Shown: positions 19,794-29,485, counted from the stretch's first letter. The stretch: 64,000 nucleotides of DNA from an uncultured Alphaproteobacteria bacterium (GCA_963763365.1 CAVXOE010000010.1:30-64029), one strand, 5' to 3'. The notes: a model not told the origin generated them from the sequence alone. Numbers and translations are program-made.

Positions 19794-20780
19794 ATGTCGC
19801 GACGAATCCCCCTGACGTTCGCCTGCGGCGACTACGAGATCATGCGCGCCTTGAAGGAGGGCATCGTACGGCCGGAGGGGATCGAGCTCACCGTGCTCAC
19901 CGACATGGCGCCGTCGCCGCGGCACTGGCGCTTCCTGCGCCACCGCGAGTTCGATATCGCCGAAGTGTCGGGCTCCGGCTACGTCGCGGCGCGCGACCGC
20001 GACTTGCCGTTCCGCGCCATCCCGGTGTTCCCGCATCGGCGTTTCCGCCACGGCTTCATCTTCGTCAACACGTCGAAAGGCATCAGCAAGCCAACCGACC
20101 TGATCGGCCGCACGGTCGGCACCAAGGGCTTCATGTTCACCGCGGGTTTGTGGATGCGCGGCATCCTGGAGCACGACTACGGCGTGCCGCACAAATCGAT
20201 CAAATGGCTGAGCGAGACCGACGAAGACGTCGACTTCACGCCGCCGCCCGGCCTCGACATCACGCAGGTGCCGGAGGACGTCTCGCTCGAAGAGATGCTG
20301 GTCAAGGGCGAGATCGATGCGCTGCTCTCGCCCGATCTCCCCAAGCCGCTGATGGCCGGCGACAAGCGGGTCGGGCGGCTCTTTCCGAACTACAAGCAGG
20401 AGGAGATGGCGTTCTACGGCAGGACCGGAATTTTTCCGATCATGCATGTCGTCGGCATCAAGCAGGAGATCGTCGAGCGCCATCCCTGGGTGGCGATCAA
20501 CATGTACAAGGCATTCGAGGAAGCAAAGACGCTCGCCATGCGGCGGATGGAGAATCCGCGCATCGTGCCGCTCGCCTGGTACCGCGAGACCTGGGAGGAG
20601 CAGGAGCAGATTCTCGGCAAGGACCCGTGGCAATACGGCCTGGGCGAGCGCAACGCGCGAAACTTCGAGCGGCTCGTCGCCTATTCGCACGAGCAGGGGC
20701 TGATCCGGCAGCCGCTCTCGCTCGACGAATTGTTCCTCAACGTTTCCGAGGGCAAGAAGCGCAACGAGTTCAGGATTTAG
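19794..20780 (+). CDS. 4,5-dihydroxyphthalate-decarboxylase-like (PhtD family, SBP-fold) protein
   Basis: 328 aa, cytoplasmic (no signal). N-terminus IPLTFACGDYEIMRALKEG..IRPEGIEL and overall length match the PhtD-like family as I remember it. Confidence 0.6.
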   Translation: MSRRIPLTFACGDYEIMRALKEGIVRPEGIELTVLTDMAPSPRHWRFLRHREFDIAEVSGSGYVAARDRDLPFRAIPVFPHRRFRHGFIFVNTSKGISKPTDLIGRTVGTKGFMFTAGLWMRGILEHDYGVPHKSIKWLSETDEDVDFTPPPGLDITQVPEDVSLEEMLVKGEIDALLSPDLPKPLMAGDKRVGRLFPNYKQEEMAFYGRTGIFPIMHVVGIKQEIVERHPWVAINMYKAFEEAKTLAMRRMENPRIVPLAWYRETWEEQEQILGKDPWQYGLGERNARNFERLVAYSHEQGLIRQPLSLDELFLNVSEGKKRNEFRI

Positions 20781-20819
20781 CGGCGCAGCTCTGAGTTACT
20801 GGTCGCACAGTTTCTCAAC

Positions 20820-20910
20820 GTCATGGCCGGGCTTGTCCCGGCCATCCACGTCTTAGAGAGATGACGCGACAAAGGAAGACGTGGATGCCCGGCACAAGGC
20901 CGGGCATGAC
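20820..20910. repeat. REP-like composite palindrome, family A (short form, inverted orientation)
   Basis: gtcatggccgggcttgtcccggccatccacgtctt ... aagacgtggatgcccggcacaaggccgggcatgac. Lies between convergent stops at 20780 and 20935. Confidence 0.85.
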
Positions 20911-20934
20911 GAAGAAATCCTTACCGCCTTGATG

Positions 20935-22104
20935 TCACTCCGCGGCCTGCCGGCTGGCGCCCTGTGGCAGGCGGTCGCGGAAGTGCGGCAGGATCTCCTG
21001 CGCGATCGCCGTCATGTTGGCGCGCGCCATGTCGTCGGGCAGCGTGCCGAACTGCGTCTTGGTGAGCGAGGTGTTGAAGCCCGCGAGGTCCTGATACTCG
21101 GCCAGTTTCTCGCGTACCGTCGCGGGACTGCCGATGATGACCACGCCGGTCTTGACCAGGTCCTCGATCGTGGCCGGCTTGCCGCTGACCGTGACCTTGG
21201 CGGCGCGCACGCGCTTCATCGAAGCCGTATCCGTATAGCCCGGCGGCAGCAGCATCTCGGTCGGCATCTTGAGGAAGGAGTTCACCAAAGCCTCAAGGTG
21301 CGGCTTCGCCTCGCGCATCGCCTTCTCGTCGGTGTCGGCGATATAGATCGTGTTCGACCACGCGAGCTGGTCGGGCGAGGCCTGGTAGCCGAGCTTGTCG
21401 GCCTCCTCGCGATACATCTGGAAGAATCTTGCCACCGTCGCGATCGGGCTGAGCGTCTGGCAATAGGTGTAGCGCATCTTCGCCGCCCAGCGGATCGTCG
21501 AGCCGGAGCCCTGCGAGGGAATCCAGACCGGCGGATGCGGCGTCTGATAGGGACGCGGCCAGGTGTTCACGTATTTGAACTGATAGTGCTTGCCGACGTA
21601 CGGAAAGGGGCCGGGCTCCGTCCACGCCCGGATGATCAGGTCGTGCGCCTCCGCGTAGCGCTCCTGCGAATACGCCGGGTTGATGCCCATGGCGTGATAC
21701 TCGGCGCCGATGCCGCGCACGAAGCCCGCGATCAGCCGTCCGCGCGTGATGTTGTCGAGCATCGCGTATTCCTCGGCAACCATCAGCGGATTGTTCAACA
21801 GCGGAATGGCGCGGCCGAGGATCGCAATCTTCGCGCGCTTGACGCTGCGCGCGAGCGCGCCGGCGAGCACGCCGGGGATCGGCATCATGCCGTAGGCGGT
21901 CTGATGATGCTCGTTGAGACAGACGCCGTCGAAGCCAAGCTGGTCGGCCAGCTCCATCTGGTCGAGATACTCATGATAGAGCTCGGCACCCTTCTGCGGG
22001 TCGTAGTGGCTGTTCGAGAAGGTGACCCAGGCCGAACCGTTCTTCGCGATCGCCGCGAGGTCGGCGTGACGGTAGGGCATAAGATGGAAATTGAAGATTT
22101 TCAT
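20935..22104 (-). CDS. LLM-class (luciferase-like) flavin-dependent monooxygenase
   Basis: 389 aa. MKIFNFHLMPY...GFDGVCLNEHHQTAYGMMP... is typical of LLM/LimB-type oxidoreductases. Confidence 0.85.
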   Translation of the reverse strand: MKIFNFHLMPYRHADLAAIAKNGSAWVTFSNSHYDPQKGAELYHEYLDQMELADQLGFDGVCLNEHHQTAYGMMPIPGVLAGALARSVKRAKIAILGRAIPLLNNPLMVAEEYAMLDNITRGRLIAGFVRGIGAEYHAMGINPAYSQERYAEAHDLIIRAWTEPGPFPYVGKHYQFKYVNTWPRPYQTPHPPVWIPSQGSGSTIRWAAKMRYTYCQTLSPIATVARFFQMYREEADKLGYQASPDQLAWSNTIYIADTDEKAMREAKPHLEALVNSFLKMPTEMLLPPGYTDTASMKRVRAAKVTVSGKPATIEDLVKTGVVIIGSPATVREKLAEYQDLAGFNTSLTKTQFGTLPDDMARANMTAIAQEILPHFRDRLPQGASRQAAE

Positions 22105-22892
22105 GCTGCGGCTCTCTGTTCGCCGATGAAAGCTTCAAGCTCGGAGACGAATGCCTCGCCCTTCTCGACGTGCGGCAGATGACCGCAATCGGGAAGGATG
22201 ATGGCCTTCGATCCCGGGATCAGCCGGTGAAATGCAAAGGCGTATTCGCGGGGAACGAGCTTGTCGTCGCCGCCCCACAGCAGCAGCGTCGGTACGCTGA
22301 TGCGGTGCAGCCATTTACGCAAATTCGGATCGTGGCTGCGCGGCTGCCAGAGCAGCTTGGCACTGGTCGTCCGGTTCTTCAGGTTGGCATCCTCGAATTC
22401 CGGCCGCTCGGACGAGGCGATCACCGCCTCGGCGAGGTCCTGATCGAAGAACAGGTCGCGGATGCGCTGCTCGTCGGTGCACAGGAACGTGTCGACCTGC
22501 TCGACCCCGTCGACATAGATGCCGGCCGAGCCGATGAGCGTGAGCGACGCGAGGCGGGTCGAGTTGCGCACCGCGAGTTCCGCCGCGATCCAGCCGCCGA
22601 GCGAACTGCCAACGAGATGCACGCCGCGCAGATCGAGCTGTTCGAGGAAGTCGAGATAGAAATTGGCGAGGTCGGCGACATTATCGAGCCACGGCGGCGT
22701 GTCGGATACGCCGAAGCCGGGATGCTCGGGCGCCAGCACGTCGAATTTCTTCGCCAGCGCGGCCATCGACGGCAGCCAGATGCCGGCGCCGCCGCCGCCG
22801 TGCAGGAAAAGCAGGGGGGCTCCGGTTCCACCGCGCATCAGGCGGATGCGGCAGTCGCGGATCGAGATCATCTCGTCTGTGTGATCGGCCAT
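22101..22892 (-). CDS. Alpha/beta hydrolase
   Basis: 263 aa. HGGGGAG oxyanion region, nucleophile elbow VGSSLGGW, C-terminal CGHLPHVE. ATGA overlap with the LLM gene. The 1013-aa ORF in the track is a spurious upstream extension. Confidence 0.85.
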   Translation of the reverse strand: MADHTDEMISIRDCRIRLMRGGTGAPLLFLHGGGGAGIWLPSMAALAKKFDVLAPEHPGFGVSDTPPWLDNVADLANFYLDFLEQLDLRGVHLVGSSLGGWIAAELAVRNSTRLASLTLIGSAGIYVDGVEQVDTFLCTDEQRIRDLFFDQDLAEAVIASSERPEFEDANLKNRTTSAKLLWQPRSHDPNLRKWLHRISVPTLLLWGGDDKLVPREYAFAFHRLIPGSKAIILPDCGHLPHVEKGEAFVSELEAFIGEQRAAA

Positions 22893-22973
22893 TCGTCCGG
22901 GCTTCTTTGAAATTGCTTCTGAGGGCTCCCGCGTCATGTTAGCATAGGAAACGTCCGCAAAAAGGAGTCGTTG

Positions 22974-24140
22974 ATGTACGCGCCGACCGGAGTGAAGACC
23001 AGCAAGGATTACCCGATCCCGGACGCGATGAAGGCCTGGGTGCTGGGCGATCCCGGCCAGCTTTCGCTCACCGAAAAGCCCGTGCCGGTGCCGAAGAAGG
23101 CCGAGGTGCTGGTGCGCATCGACGCGGTGGCGATCTGCGCGACCGACATCGAGAATATCTATCACGGGCCGCCGGCGATGATCCAAGGCGGGCTGCCGTT
23201 CAACAAGAACTGGACGCCCGGTCATGAATACATGGGCACCGTGGTGGCGCTCGGTCCCGGCGTCGACGAGTACAAGCTCGGCGAGCGCATCACGGTGGAG
23301 ATCCACGCCGGCTGCGGGCAGTGCAAGCGCTGCCGCGAGGGCATGTACACCGCCTGTCACAACTACGGTCTGAACTACGGCGACGTCGACAAGGGCCACC
23401 GCGCCAACGGCTTCACCACCGACGGCGGCTTCTGCGAGTACCAGGTCAACCACATCAACACGCTGGTCGCGATTCCCGATGACATGTCGGACGAGGAGGC
23501 GACGCTGGTCGTCACGGCCGGCACCGCCATGTACGGCCTCACCGAACTCGGCGGGATCGTCGCGGGCGAGAGCGTCGTGGTCACCGGCCCCGGCCCGATC
23601 GGGCTCCTGGGCGTCGCGGTCGCCAAGGCCATGGGCGCGCATCCGGTGATCCTGACCGGCACGCGCGACAACCGGCTCAAGATCGGGCTCGAACTCGGCG
23701 CCGACCACGTCGTCAACATCCGCAAGGTGAACGATGTCGTGCAGGCCGTGAAGGACTTCAACGGCGGCAAGGGCGTCGACTACGTGGTCGAATGCTCGGC
23801 CGCGCCGAGCGCGCTCAACGACGCGATCAAGATGGTCAACCGCGGCGGCAAGGTCTGCCTCGCCGCCTTTCCGCACGGCGAGGCGCCGGTCGACATCGCG
23901 CATATCGTGCGCAACAACATCTACATCTACGGCATCCGCGGCGAGGGGAAGACCGCGACGCACCGCGCCGAGGCGTTCATGCGGCAGAAGCGCTTCGACG
24001 CCACGAAAATTCACACCCACACCTTCGCGCTCGACGATCTGCCGACCGCGATCCGCTACGCCAAGGACCGCGTCGAGGATGCCATCAAGGTGGTGGTGAA
24101 GGCGCGCGGGGTCGCGGCGCACAAGGTCGCGGCGGAGTAG
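22974..24140 (+). CDS. Zinc-dependent alcohol dehydrogenase family protein (MDR superfamily)
   Basis: GHEYMGTVV catalytic-zinc motif, structural-zinc cluster CGQCKRCREGMYTAC, Rossmann VVVTGPGPIG. aaaggag lies 6 nt upstream of the ATG at 22974. Confidence 0.88.
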   Translation: MYAPTGVKTSKDYPIPDAMKAWVLGDPGQLSLTEKPVPVPKKAEVLVRIDAVAICATDIENIYHGPPAMIQGGLPFNKNWTPGHEYMGTVVALGPGVDEYKLGERITVEIHAGCGQCKRCREGMYTACHNYGLNYGDVDKGHRANGFTTDGGFCEYQVNHINTLVAIPDDMSDEEATLVVTAGTAMYGLTELGGIVAGESVVVTGPGPIGLLGVAVAKAMGAHPVILTGTRDNRLKIGLELGADHVVNIRKVNDVVQAVKDFNGGKGVDYVVECSAAPSALNDAIKMVNRGGKVCLAAFPHGEAPVDIAHIVRNNIYIYGIRGEGKTATHRAEAFMRQKRFDATKIHTHTFALDDLPTAIRYAKDRVEDAIKVVVKARGVAAHKVAAE

Positions 24141-24183
24141 TGGAAGTAATGAGCGCCTCGCTTCGCGAGGCGAAGGCGGTGCG

Positions 24184-24208
24184 ACCCTCTCCCACAAGGG
24201 GAGAGGGT
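24184..24208. repeat. Palindromic repeat, family C, single hairpin
   Basis: accctctcccacaaggggagagggt, 44 nt 3' of the ADH stop. Confidence 0.75.
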
Positions 24209-24266
24209 GCCGGAGCAGGTGGCGAGTGTTGCGAGCCAACTGAAGAGCGAGAGCAGAGCACAAGCT

Positions 24267-25127
24267 ATGGACGCACCGCTGCAACGCACGCAGGCAAACG
24301 AAAAACCGTTCGACGTCGACCTTGCGGTGATCCGGCGCATGGCGACGGTGCTGCCCGGCGCGTTGCCGGTCGCCGTCAACGGCGTGCGGGTCGCGGCCTC
24401 GATCCGGCCGAAGAAGTTCGTGATCGCGGGCGGCGACGATACGCCGGTGACCATGCCGCGCACCGCGTTCCAGGTGGTCTATCCCGATTGCACCCTGATG
24501 CTCGATTCCGGGTTCGACAAGGCGACGCACGACAGTTTCAGCCCGGATAAGCCTGAGCCCTATTTCCCGGAGCAGTTCGTCAAGCTCGAGCGCGCGCTCA
24601 ACGCCGCGCGGCTCATCGTGCTGACCCATCACCACGCCGACCACGTCGGCGGCGTGGTGACGGCGTCGAACTTCACGACGCTCGCGGGCAAGACCGTCAT
24701 CACGATGGACGTGGCCGACTGCCTGATGAACACGCCGCATCGGCCGCACCTCAAGCTCACGCAGGCGGCGATCGAGCGGTTCATCGTCCTCGACTATCCG
24801 AGATATTACCCGGTCGCACCCGGCATGGTGCTGATCCGCTCGCCCGGTCACTCGACCGATTCGCAGATGGTCTACATGCGCCTGCAATCCGGCCGCGAAA
24901 TCCTGCACAGCGTCGATTCGGCCTGGAACCTGGAGAACGTGCTGCAGGTCAAGGGCAAGGCCGCGCCGTGGGTCAAGGAAGACGTGCCGGCGGTGATCGG
25001 CCAGTTGCGCTGGCTCAAGAACGTCCATGAGACGGAGAGCAATCTCACAGTCCTGATCACGCACGACGACGACTTGTTCGCGCGTGTGACAACGAGCGGC
25101 GTTGTCGGGGCGGAACTGGCGGTTTAG
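24267..25127 (+). CDS. MBL-fold metallo-hydrolase
   Basis: HxHxDH motif LTHHHADHVGG. Start placed at MDAPLQ (24267) because the longer ORF starts inside the family C hairpin. Confidence 0.8.
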   Translation: MDAPLQRTQANEKPFDVDLAVIRRMATVLPGALPVAVNGVRVAASIRPKKFVIAGGDDTPVTMPRTAFQVVYPDCTLMLDSGFDKATHDSFSPDKPEPYFPEQFVKLERALNAARLIVLTHHHADHVGGVVTASNFTTLAGKTVITMDVADCLMNTPHRPHLKLTQAAIERFIVLDYPRYYPVAPGMVLIRSPGHSTDSQMVYMRLQSGREILHSVDSAWNLENVLQVKGKAAPWVKEDVPAVIGQLRWLKNVHETESNLTVLITHDDDLFARVTTSGVVGAELAV

Positions 25128-25143
25128 ATCGCGCGCACTCACT

Positions 25144-25228
25144 CCGTTCGTCCCCGCGCAAGCGGGGACCCAGAATCACAAGCGCCGAGTGTGCGGTCCT
25201 GGGTTTCCGCTTGCGCGGGAACGAACGG
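25144..25228. repeat. Palindromic repeat, family B (gtccccgcg.aagcgggga.cc type)
   Basis: ccgttcgtccccgcgcaagcggggacccag ... cctgggtttccgcttgcgcgggaacgaacgg. Lies 3' of the MBL gene. Related copies at 29354 and 34097. Confidence 0.8.
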
Positions 25229-25273
25229 GGATAGGATGTGCCAAAAAGCGGAAGATGAGCGGGAGGAATTCGC

Positions 25274-26263
25274 ATGCGACCTTCGATCGCGCTGAAGGGA
25301 TTGCTCTGCATCACGGCGCTGAGCCTGGGCGCGGCGCCATGGAGCGCGCGCGCGCAGAGTTACCCCACGCACGCCATCACGGTGGTCGTGCCGTTCCCGG
25401 CCGGCGGCCCGAGCGACGTGGTGGCGCGCATCGTCACCGAGGCGATGAGCAAGGCGCTCGGCCAGTCGATGGTGATCGAGAATGTCGGCGGCGCCGGCGG
25501 CACGATCGGCAGCGCGCGGGTCGCGGCCGCGGCGCCGGACGGTTACACGCTGCTCGCCGGCAGCATGGGATCGCACGTCGCGGCGCCGGTGCTCACGCCG
25601 AACGTCAAATACGATTCCGAGCGCGATTTCGTGCCGATCGGTTTCACCGCGCATGCGCCGGCCGTCGTGGTCGCGCGCAAGGACTTTCCGGCCAACGACC
25701 TGCGTGAGTTCGTCGACTATCTGAAGAAGAACGGCGAGAAAGTGAAGCAGGCGCACGGCGGCATCGGCTCGTCGTCGCATATGGCCTGCCTGCTGTTCAA
25801 CACGGCGGCCGGCACGGCGCCGACTTCGGTCGCCTATCGCGGCACCGGGCCGGCGATGAACGATCTCGTCGGCGGGCATGTCGATTTCTTCTGCGAGCAG
25901 GCGGTCAGCGTCGCCGCGCAGATCAACGGTGGATCGATCAAGGCGTTCGCGGTGTCCTCCAGCGAGCGGCTCGCGGCGCTGCCGAATGTTGCCACCGCGA
26001 AAGAGCGGGGGCTCGACTACCAGATGAGCATCTGGGCCGGCATTTTCGCCCCGAAGGGGACACCGGGCGATGTCATCGACCGGCTCGCGGCGGCACTCGA
26101 CAAGGCCTTGGACGATCCGGAGGTGAAGAAGCGGCTGGCCGAACTCGGCGGCTCGATACCCGGCAAGGACGAGCGTTCGCCGGCCAAGTTCGGCGGCTTC
26201 GTGAAGGCGGAGATCGCGCGCTGGTCGCCGATCCTGAAGGCGGCGGATGCCGGCGCGAAGTGA
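25274..26263 (+). CDS. Bug/TctC-family periplasmic substrate-binding protein
   Basis: 329 aa. Signal peptide ...ITALSLGAAPWSARA. Family motifs ITVVVPFPAGGPSDVVARI, ENVGGAGG, PDGYTLL, YRGTGPAMNDLVGGHVDF. Confidence 0.9.
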   Translation: MRPSIALKGLLCITALSLGAAPWSARAQSYPTHAITVVVPFPAGGPSDVVARIVTEAMSKALGQSMVIENVGGAGGTIGSARVAAAAPDGYTLLAGSMGSHVAAPVLTPNVKYDSERDFVPIGFTAHAPAVVVARKDFPANDLREFVDYLKKNGEKVKQAHGGIGSSSHMACLLFNTAAGTAPTSVAYRGTGPAMNDLVGGHVDFFCEQAVSVAAQINGGSIKAFAVSSSERLAALPNVATAKERGLDYQMSIWAGIFAPKGTPGDVIDRLAAALDKALDDPEVKKRLAELGGSIPGKDERSPAKFGGFVKAEIARWSPILKAADAGAK

Positions 26264-26451
26264 TCAGAGGCGCGGACCGAGTCCCGCCAAAAGATTGAGC
26301 ATCGCGGGTAATCCGTGGTCACAAGGTCGCCGGCCGAGCCAAAGCCGGCCAATACCGGAGCAACCAAGCCGCATGGTCGCTGGCACGTTTTTTGTAATAT
26401 AGTTCGCGGGGATGGGGAACTCCGTGCCGAGGCACGGCCGATGGAGCGCGC

Positions 26452-27257
26452 ATGTCCCTGGAAGCGCAACCCGCTTCGAAGCTCGTTGTCGACCATGTCA
26501 GCATGGCATTCAAGACGCCGAAGGGCGTATTCCAGGCGCTCGCGCCGGTCACGCTGTCGATCCCGCAGGGCCGTTTCGTCAGCCTGATCGGACCGTCGGG
26601 CTGCGGCAAGAGCACGATCTTCAACATCATCGCCGGCCTGCTTGAGCCCAGCGCGGGGCGCGTGCGGATCGACGGCGTCGATGCGACCGGCACGATCGGA
26701 CGCGTCGGCTACATGCTGCAGAAGGACCTGCTGCTGCCCTGGCGCACGCGTGCTCGACAACGTCATCCTCGGCATGGAGATCCAGGGCGTGCCGCTGCGC
26801 GAGGCGCGCGCACGCGCGCTGCCGCTGCTGCAACGTTACGGGCTGTCGGGCTTCGAGCATCTCTATCCGAATTCGCTGTCGGGCGGCATGCGCCAGCGCG
26901 CGGCGCTCTTGCGTACGCTCCTCTTCGACACCGACATGATCCTGCTCGACGAGCCGTTCGGCGCCCTCGATGCGCAGACCAAGCTGCACATGCAGGAGTG
27001 GCTGATGCAGCTCTGGAGCGATTTCGGCAAAACCGTGCTGTTCGTCACGCACGATGTCGAGGAGGCGATCTACCTGTCGGACGAACTCCACGTCATGGGC
27101 ACGCGTCCGGGCCGCGTCATCGAGACGATTCCGGTGACACTGCGCACGGCCGCGCCTGCGCACCAGCGCGCTGACGCCGGAGTTCCTGGCGATCAAGGAG
27201 CGCTGTCTCGAACTTCTGACGGCCAATCACATCGCGTCCGAACCGATGGCGGCTTGA
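26452..27257 (+). pseudogene. NitT/TauT-family ABC transporter ATP-binding protein, frame broken twice (about 26749 and 27138-27149)
   Basis: Phase 1: ...GPSGCGKST (Walker A)...LLLPWRT. Phase 2: VLDNVILGMEIQG...LSGGMRQRAAL...ILLDEPFGALD...GRVIETIPV. Phase 0: RPRLRTSALTPEFLAIKERCLELLTANHIASEPMAA-stop. Each join is net +1. Confidence 0.8.
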
Positions 27258-27272
27258 CGTGGGGAGCGCCCG

Positions 27273-28148
27273 ATGACCGTGCAGGACGCGCCCGCAGTCG
27301 GTTCCATTGCCGGCCTCGCTGCGGCGCCGCCGCGGGAGGAACTGAAAGTCCCGGCGCGAAAGCGGGGCGCCGCCTGCCGGTGCAGAAGGACTGGCCGACC
27401 TGGGCGCTCATCGTGACGCAGGTCGCCATCCTGGTCGGCGGCATCGCGTTCTGGGAGATCGGCGCGCGCGCCGGCTGGATCAACGCATTCTTCTGGTCGC
27501 AGCCGAGCGCCATCGCCAGTACGATGGGGATATTCTTCACGACCGGCGATGCCTGGACCGACATCAGCTTCACGTTCCGCTCGACCATCTTCGGCTTTCT
27601 GCTTGGGAACGGCGGCGGGCTCGCTGATCGGCCTGTCGTTCTGGTGGTCGCGCAACTACGCGGCGATCGTGCAGCCCTACATCATCTGCCTGGAATCGAT
27701 TCCGAAGCTCGCGCTCGCGCCGCTGATCATCCTGGTGTTCGGCATCGGGCTCGCCTCCAAGGTGGCGGTCGCGACCGCACTTACGCTCGTGGTCTCGACC
27801 TTGACCGCCTATGCGGGCGTGAAGGCGCTCGATCCCGACAGCGAGAAGTTGTTCTACTCGCTCGGCGCCTCGCGCATGCAGGTGTTCCGCAAGCTGGTCG
27901 TGCCGTTCTGCCTGCCGTGGATCATCTCGGTGCTGCGCGTCAATATCGGGCTCGCGCTTACCGGCGCGATCGTCGGCGAATTCATCGCCTCGCAGCACGG
28001 CCTCGGCCGGCAGATCCTCTATGCCGGCCAGACTTACGACATCGCGCTGGTCTGGGTGGCGGTGCTGGTGCTCTCGACGCTCGCGATCATCATGTACGCG
28101 ACGGTGTCGTGGCTGGAGAGCGTGCTGCGCAAGGGCGTCAAGCAATGA
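27273..28148 (+). pseudogene. NitT/TauT-family ABC transporter permease, frame broken at 27608 (possibly also near 27365)
   Basis: ...WALIVTQVAILVGGIAFWEIGA...RSTIFGFLLG (phase 2) joins TAAGSLIGLSFWWSRNYAAIVQPY...ESIPKLALAPLIILVFG...VSWLESVLRKGVKQ (phase 0) if one a of gggaac is skipped. The 5' end is either ATG 27273 (needs a second, -1 shift) or GTG 27379 (no second shift). Confidence 0.75.
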
Positions 28149-28182
28149 TGCAAGTGCCTTTGATATTCCGCGATATTCCGCC

Positions 28183-28303
28183 GTCATGCCCGGGCTCGCA
28201 GCCAAGCTTGCGCAGGCTGCGTAAACTTGCCTGCGCGGGCATCCACGTCTTGCTTTCTGGCTGCATGAAAGTCGTGGATGGCCGGGACAAGCCCGGCCAT
28301 GAC
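28183..28303. repeat. REP-like composite palindrome, family A (long form)
   Basis: gtcatgcccgggctcgcagccaagcttgcgcaggctgcgtaaacttgcctgcgcgggcatccacgtctt ... gtcgtggatggccgggacaagcccggccatgac. Lies 3' of the permease gene. Confidence 0.85.
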
Positions 28304-28339
28304 GGGGAGCGGACTTAACAACGAACCGAAGAGGACATC

Positions 28340-29338
28340 ATGGATAGGCGCAAGTTTCTGAAATCGACCGCGACCGTCGGCCTGGCGCTCGCGGCGCCGC
28401 CCATCATCGCGCGCGCCGCCACCAAGGAGCTGCTGGTGGCGGAGCCGGTGCACTCGACCGGCTATCTGCCGATGTATATCGCGATGGCCAACGGCTATTT
28501 CGCCGAGTCCGACATCGTCGTGAAGATCGTGACGATCGAGACCGGCGGCGGCCACACCAACGCGGTGTTGTCCGGCCAGGCCTTCGCGTTCATCGGCGGC
28601 CCGGAGCACAACGCTTTCGCCAAGGCCAAGGGCGCCGAATTGCGCGCGGTGGTGCACTGCGTGGACCGTGGCAACGTTTATATCTGCGCCGCCAAGGGCA
28701 GCGAACCGAAGGATGCCAACTGGCCGGCCTACTTCAAGGACAAGAAGGTTGCGCTCGGTCCTTACGGCGGCACGCCGAACTCGATCATGCGCTACCTGCT
28801 CACCAAGTGGAAGCTCGACGCCAAGAAGGACGTGACGCTGATCGAGGTGCCGAACTCGGCCGTGCCGGCTGCCATCAAGGCCGGGCAGGCGACGGTCGGC
28901 GTCGTCACCGAGCCGATGATCACGCAGGGTATCAAACAGAACCTGTGGGGTGAGCCGTTCTACAACGTTCCGAAGGAGCTTGGCCCCTACGCCTACTCCA
29001 CCATCAACGTGCGTCTGGAATCCATCCAGAAGGAACCCGAGACCGTGAAGGGCTTCGTCAAGGGCATGGTGAAGGGCCTGAAGTTCCTCTACGCCGACCC
29101 GAACGGCGCCGCCGAGATCGCCAAGAAGCAGTTCCCCACCATGCCGCTCGAAGACCTCAAGGCGACGCTCGACCGCTCCTTCGCCGACCAGATGTGGAGC
29201 AAGGACGGCATGATCAGCAAGGAAGCCTGGGTCACCGGCAGTTCGGTCGTGCGCGAGGCCGGCATCCTCAAGAGCGACGTCAAGTACGAAGAGATCATCG
29301 ACATGAGCTTCGTCGAGAGCGTGCGCGCGAGCTTGTAG
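28340..29338 (+). CDS. ABC transporter substrate-binding protein (NMT1/THI5-like, NitT/TauT family) with Tat-type signal
   Basis: 332 aa. N-terminus MDRRKFLKSTATVGLALAAPPIIARA (RRxFLK twin-arginine motif). Follows the matching ATPase and permease genes. Confidence 0.85.
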   Translation: MDRRKFLKSTATVGLALAAPPIIARAATKELLVAEPVHSTGYLPMYIAMANGYFAESDIVVKIVTIETGGGHTNAVLSGQAFAFIGGPEHNAFAKAKGAELRAVVHCVDRGNVYICAAKGSEPKDANWPAYFKDKKVALGPYGGTPNSIMRYLLTKWKLDAKKDVTLIEVPNSAVPAAIKAGQATVGVVTEPMITQGIKQNLWGEPFYNVPKELGPYAYSTINVRLESIQKEPETVKGFVKGMVKGLKFLYADPNGAAEIAKKQFPTMPLEDLKATLDRSFADQMWSKDGMISKEAWVTGSSVVREAGILKSDVKYEEIIDMSFVESVRASL

Positions 29339-29353
29339 TGCCGCGCGTTCGTT

Positions 29354-29429
29354 GCTGTCGTCCCCGCGAAAGCGGGAACCCATATTTCGGCGACCAGGAT
29401 GGATTCCCCGCTTTCGCGGGGATGACAGC
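29354..29429. repeat. Palindromic repeat, family B
   Basis: gctgtcgtccccgcgaaagcgggaaccca ... tggattccccgctttcgcggggatgacagc. Lies 3' of the SBP gene. Confidence 0.8.
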
Positions 29430-29485
29430 GGAGAGTCGACGAAGCGCTAACAGAACAGCAAGCAAACAGAGAAAGTCACACACCA

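Noticed and set aside
22101-25142. 1013-aa minus-strand ORF, the longest in the track
   Set aside because: Only its last 263 codons (22101-22892) look like a protein (alpha/beta hydrolase, with a start at MADHTDEM). The upstream 750 codons are Arg/Asp/His-rich, lie antisense to the well-supported ADH and MBL genes, and run through a family B/C repeat. This is a GC-driven open frame.
26642-28318. 558-aa plus-strand ORF across the ABC ATPase and permease
   Set aside because: One phase happens to stay open. It is protein-like only in two windows (the ATPase middle, the permease N-terminal part) and Arg-rich nonsense elsewhere. It is better explained by frame-broken ATPase and permease genes.
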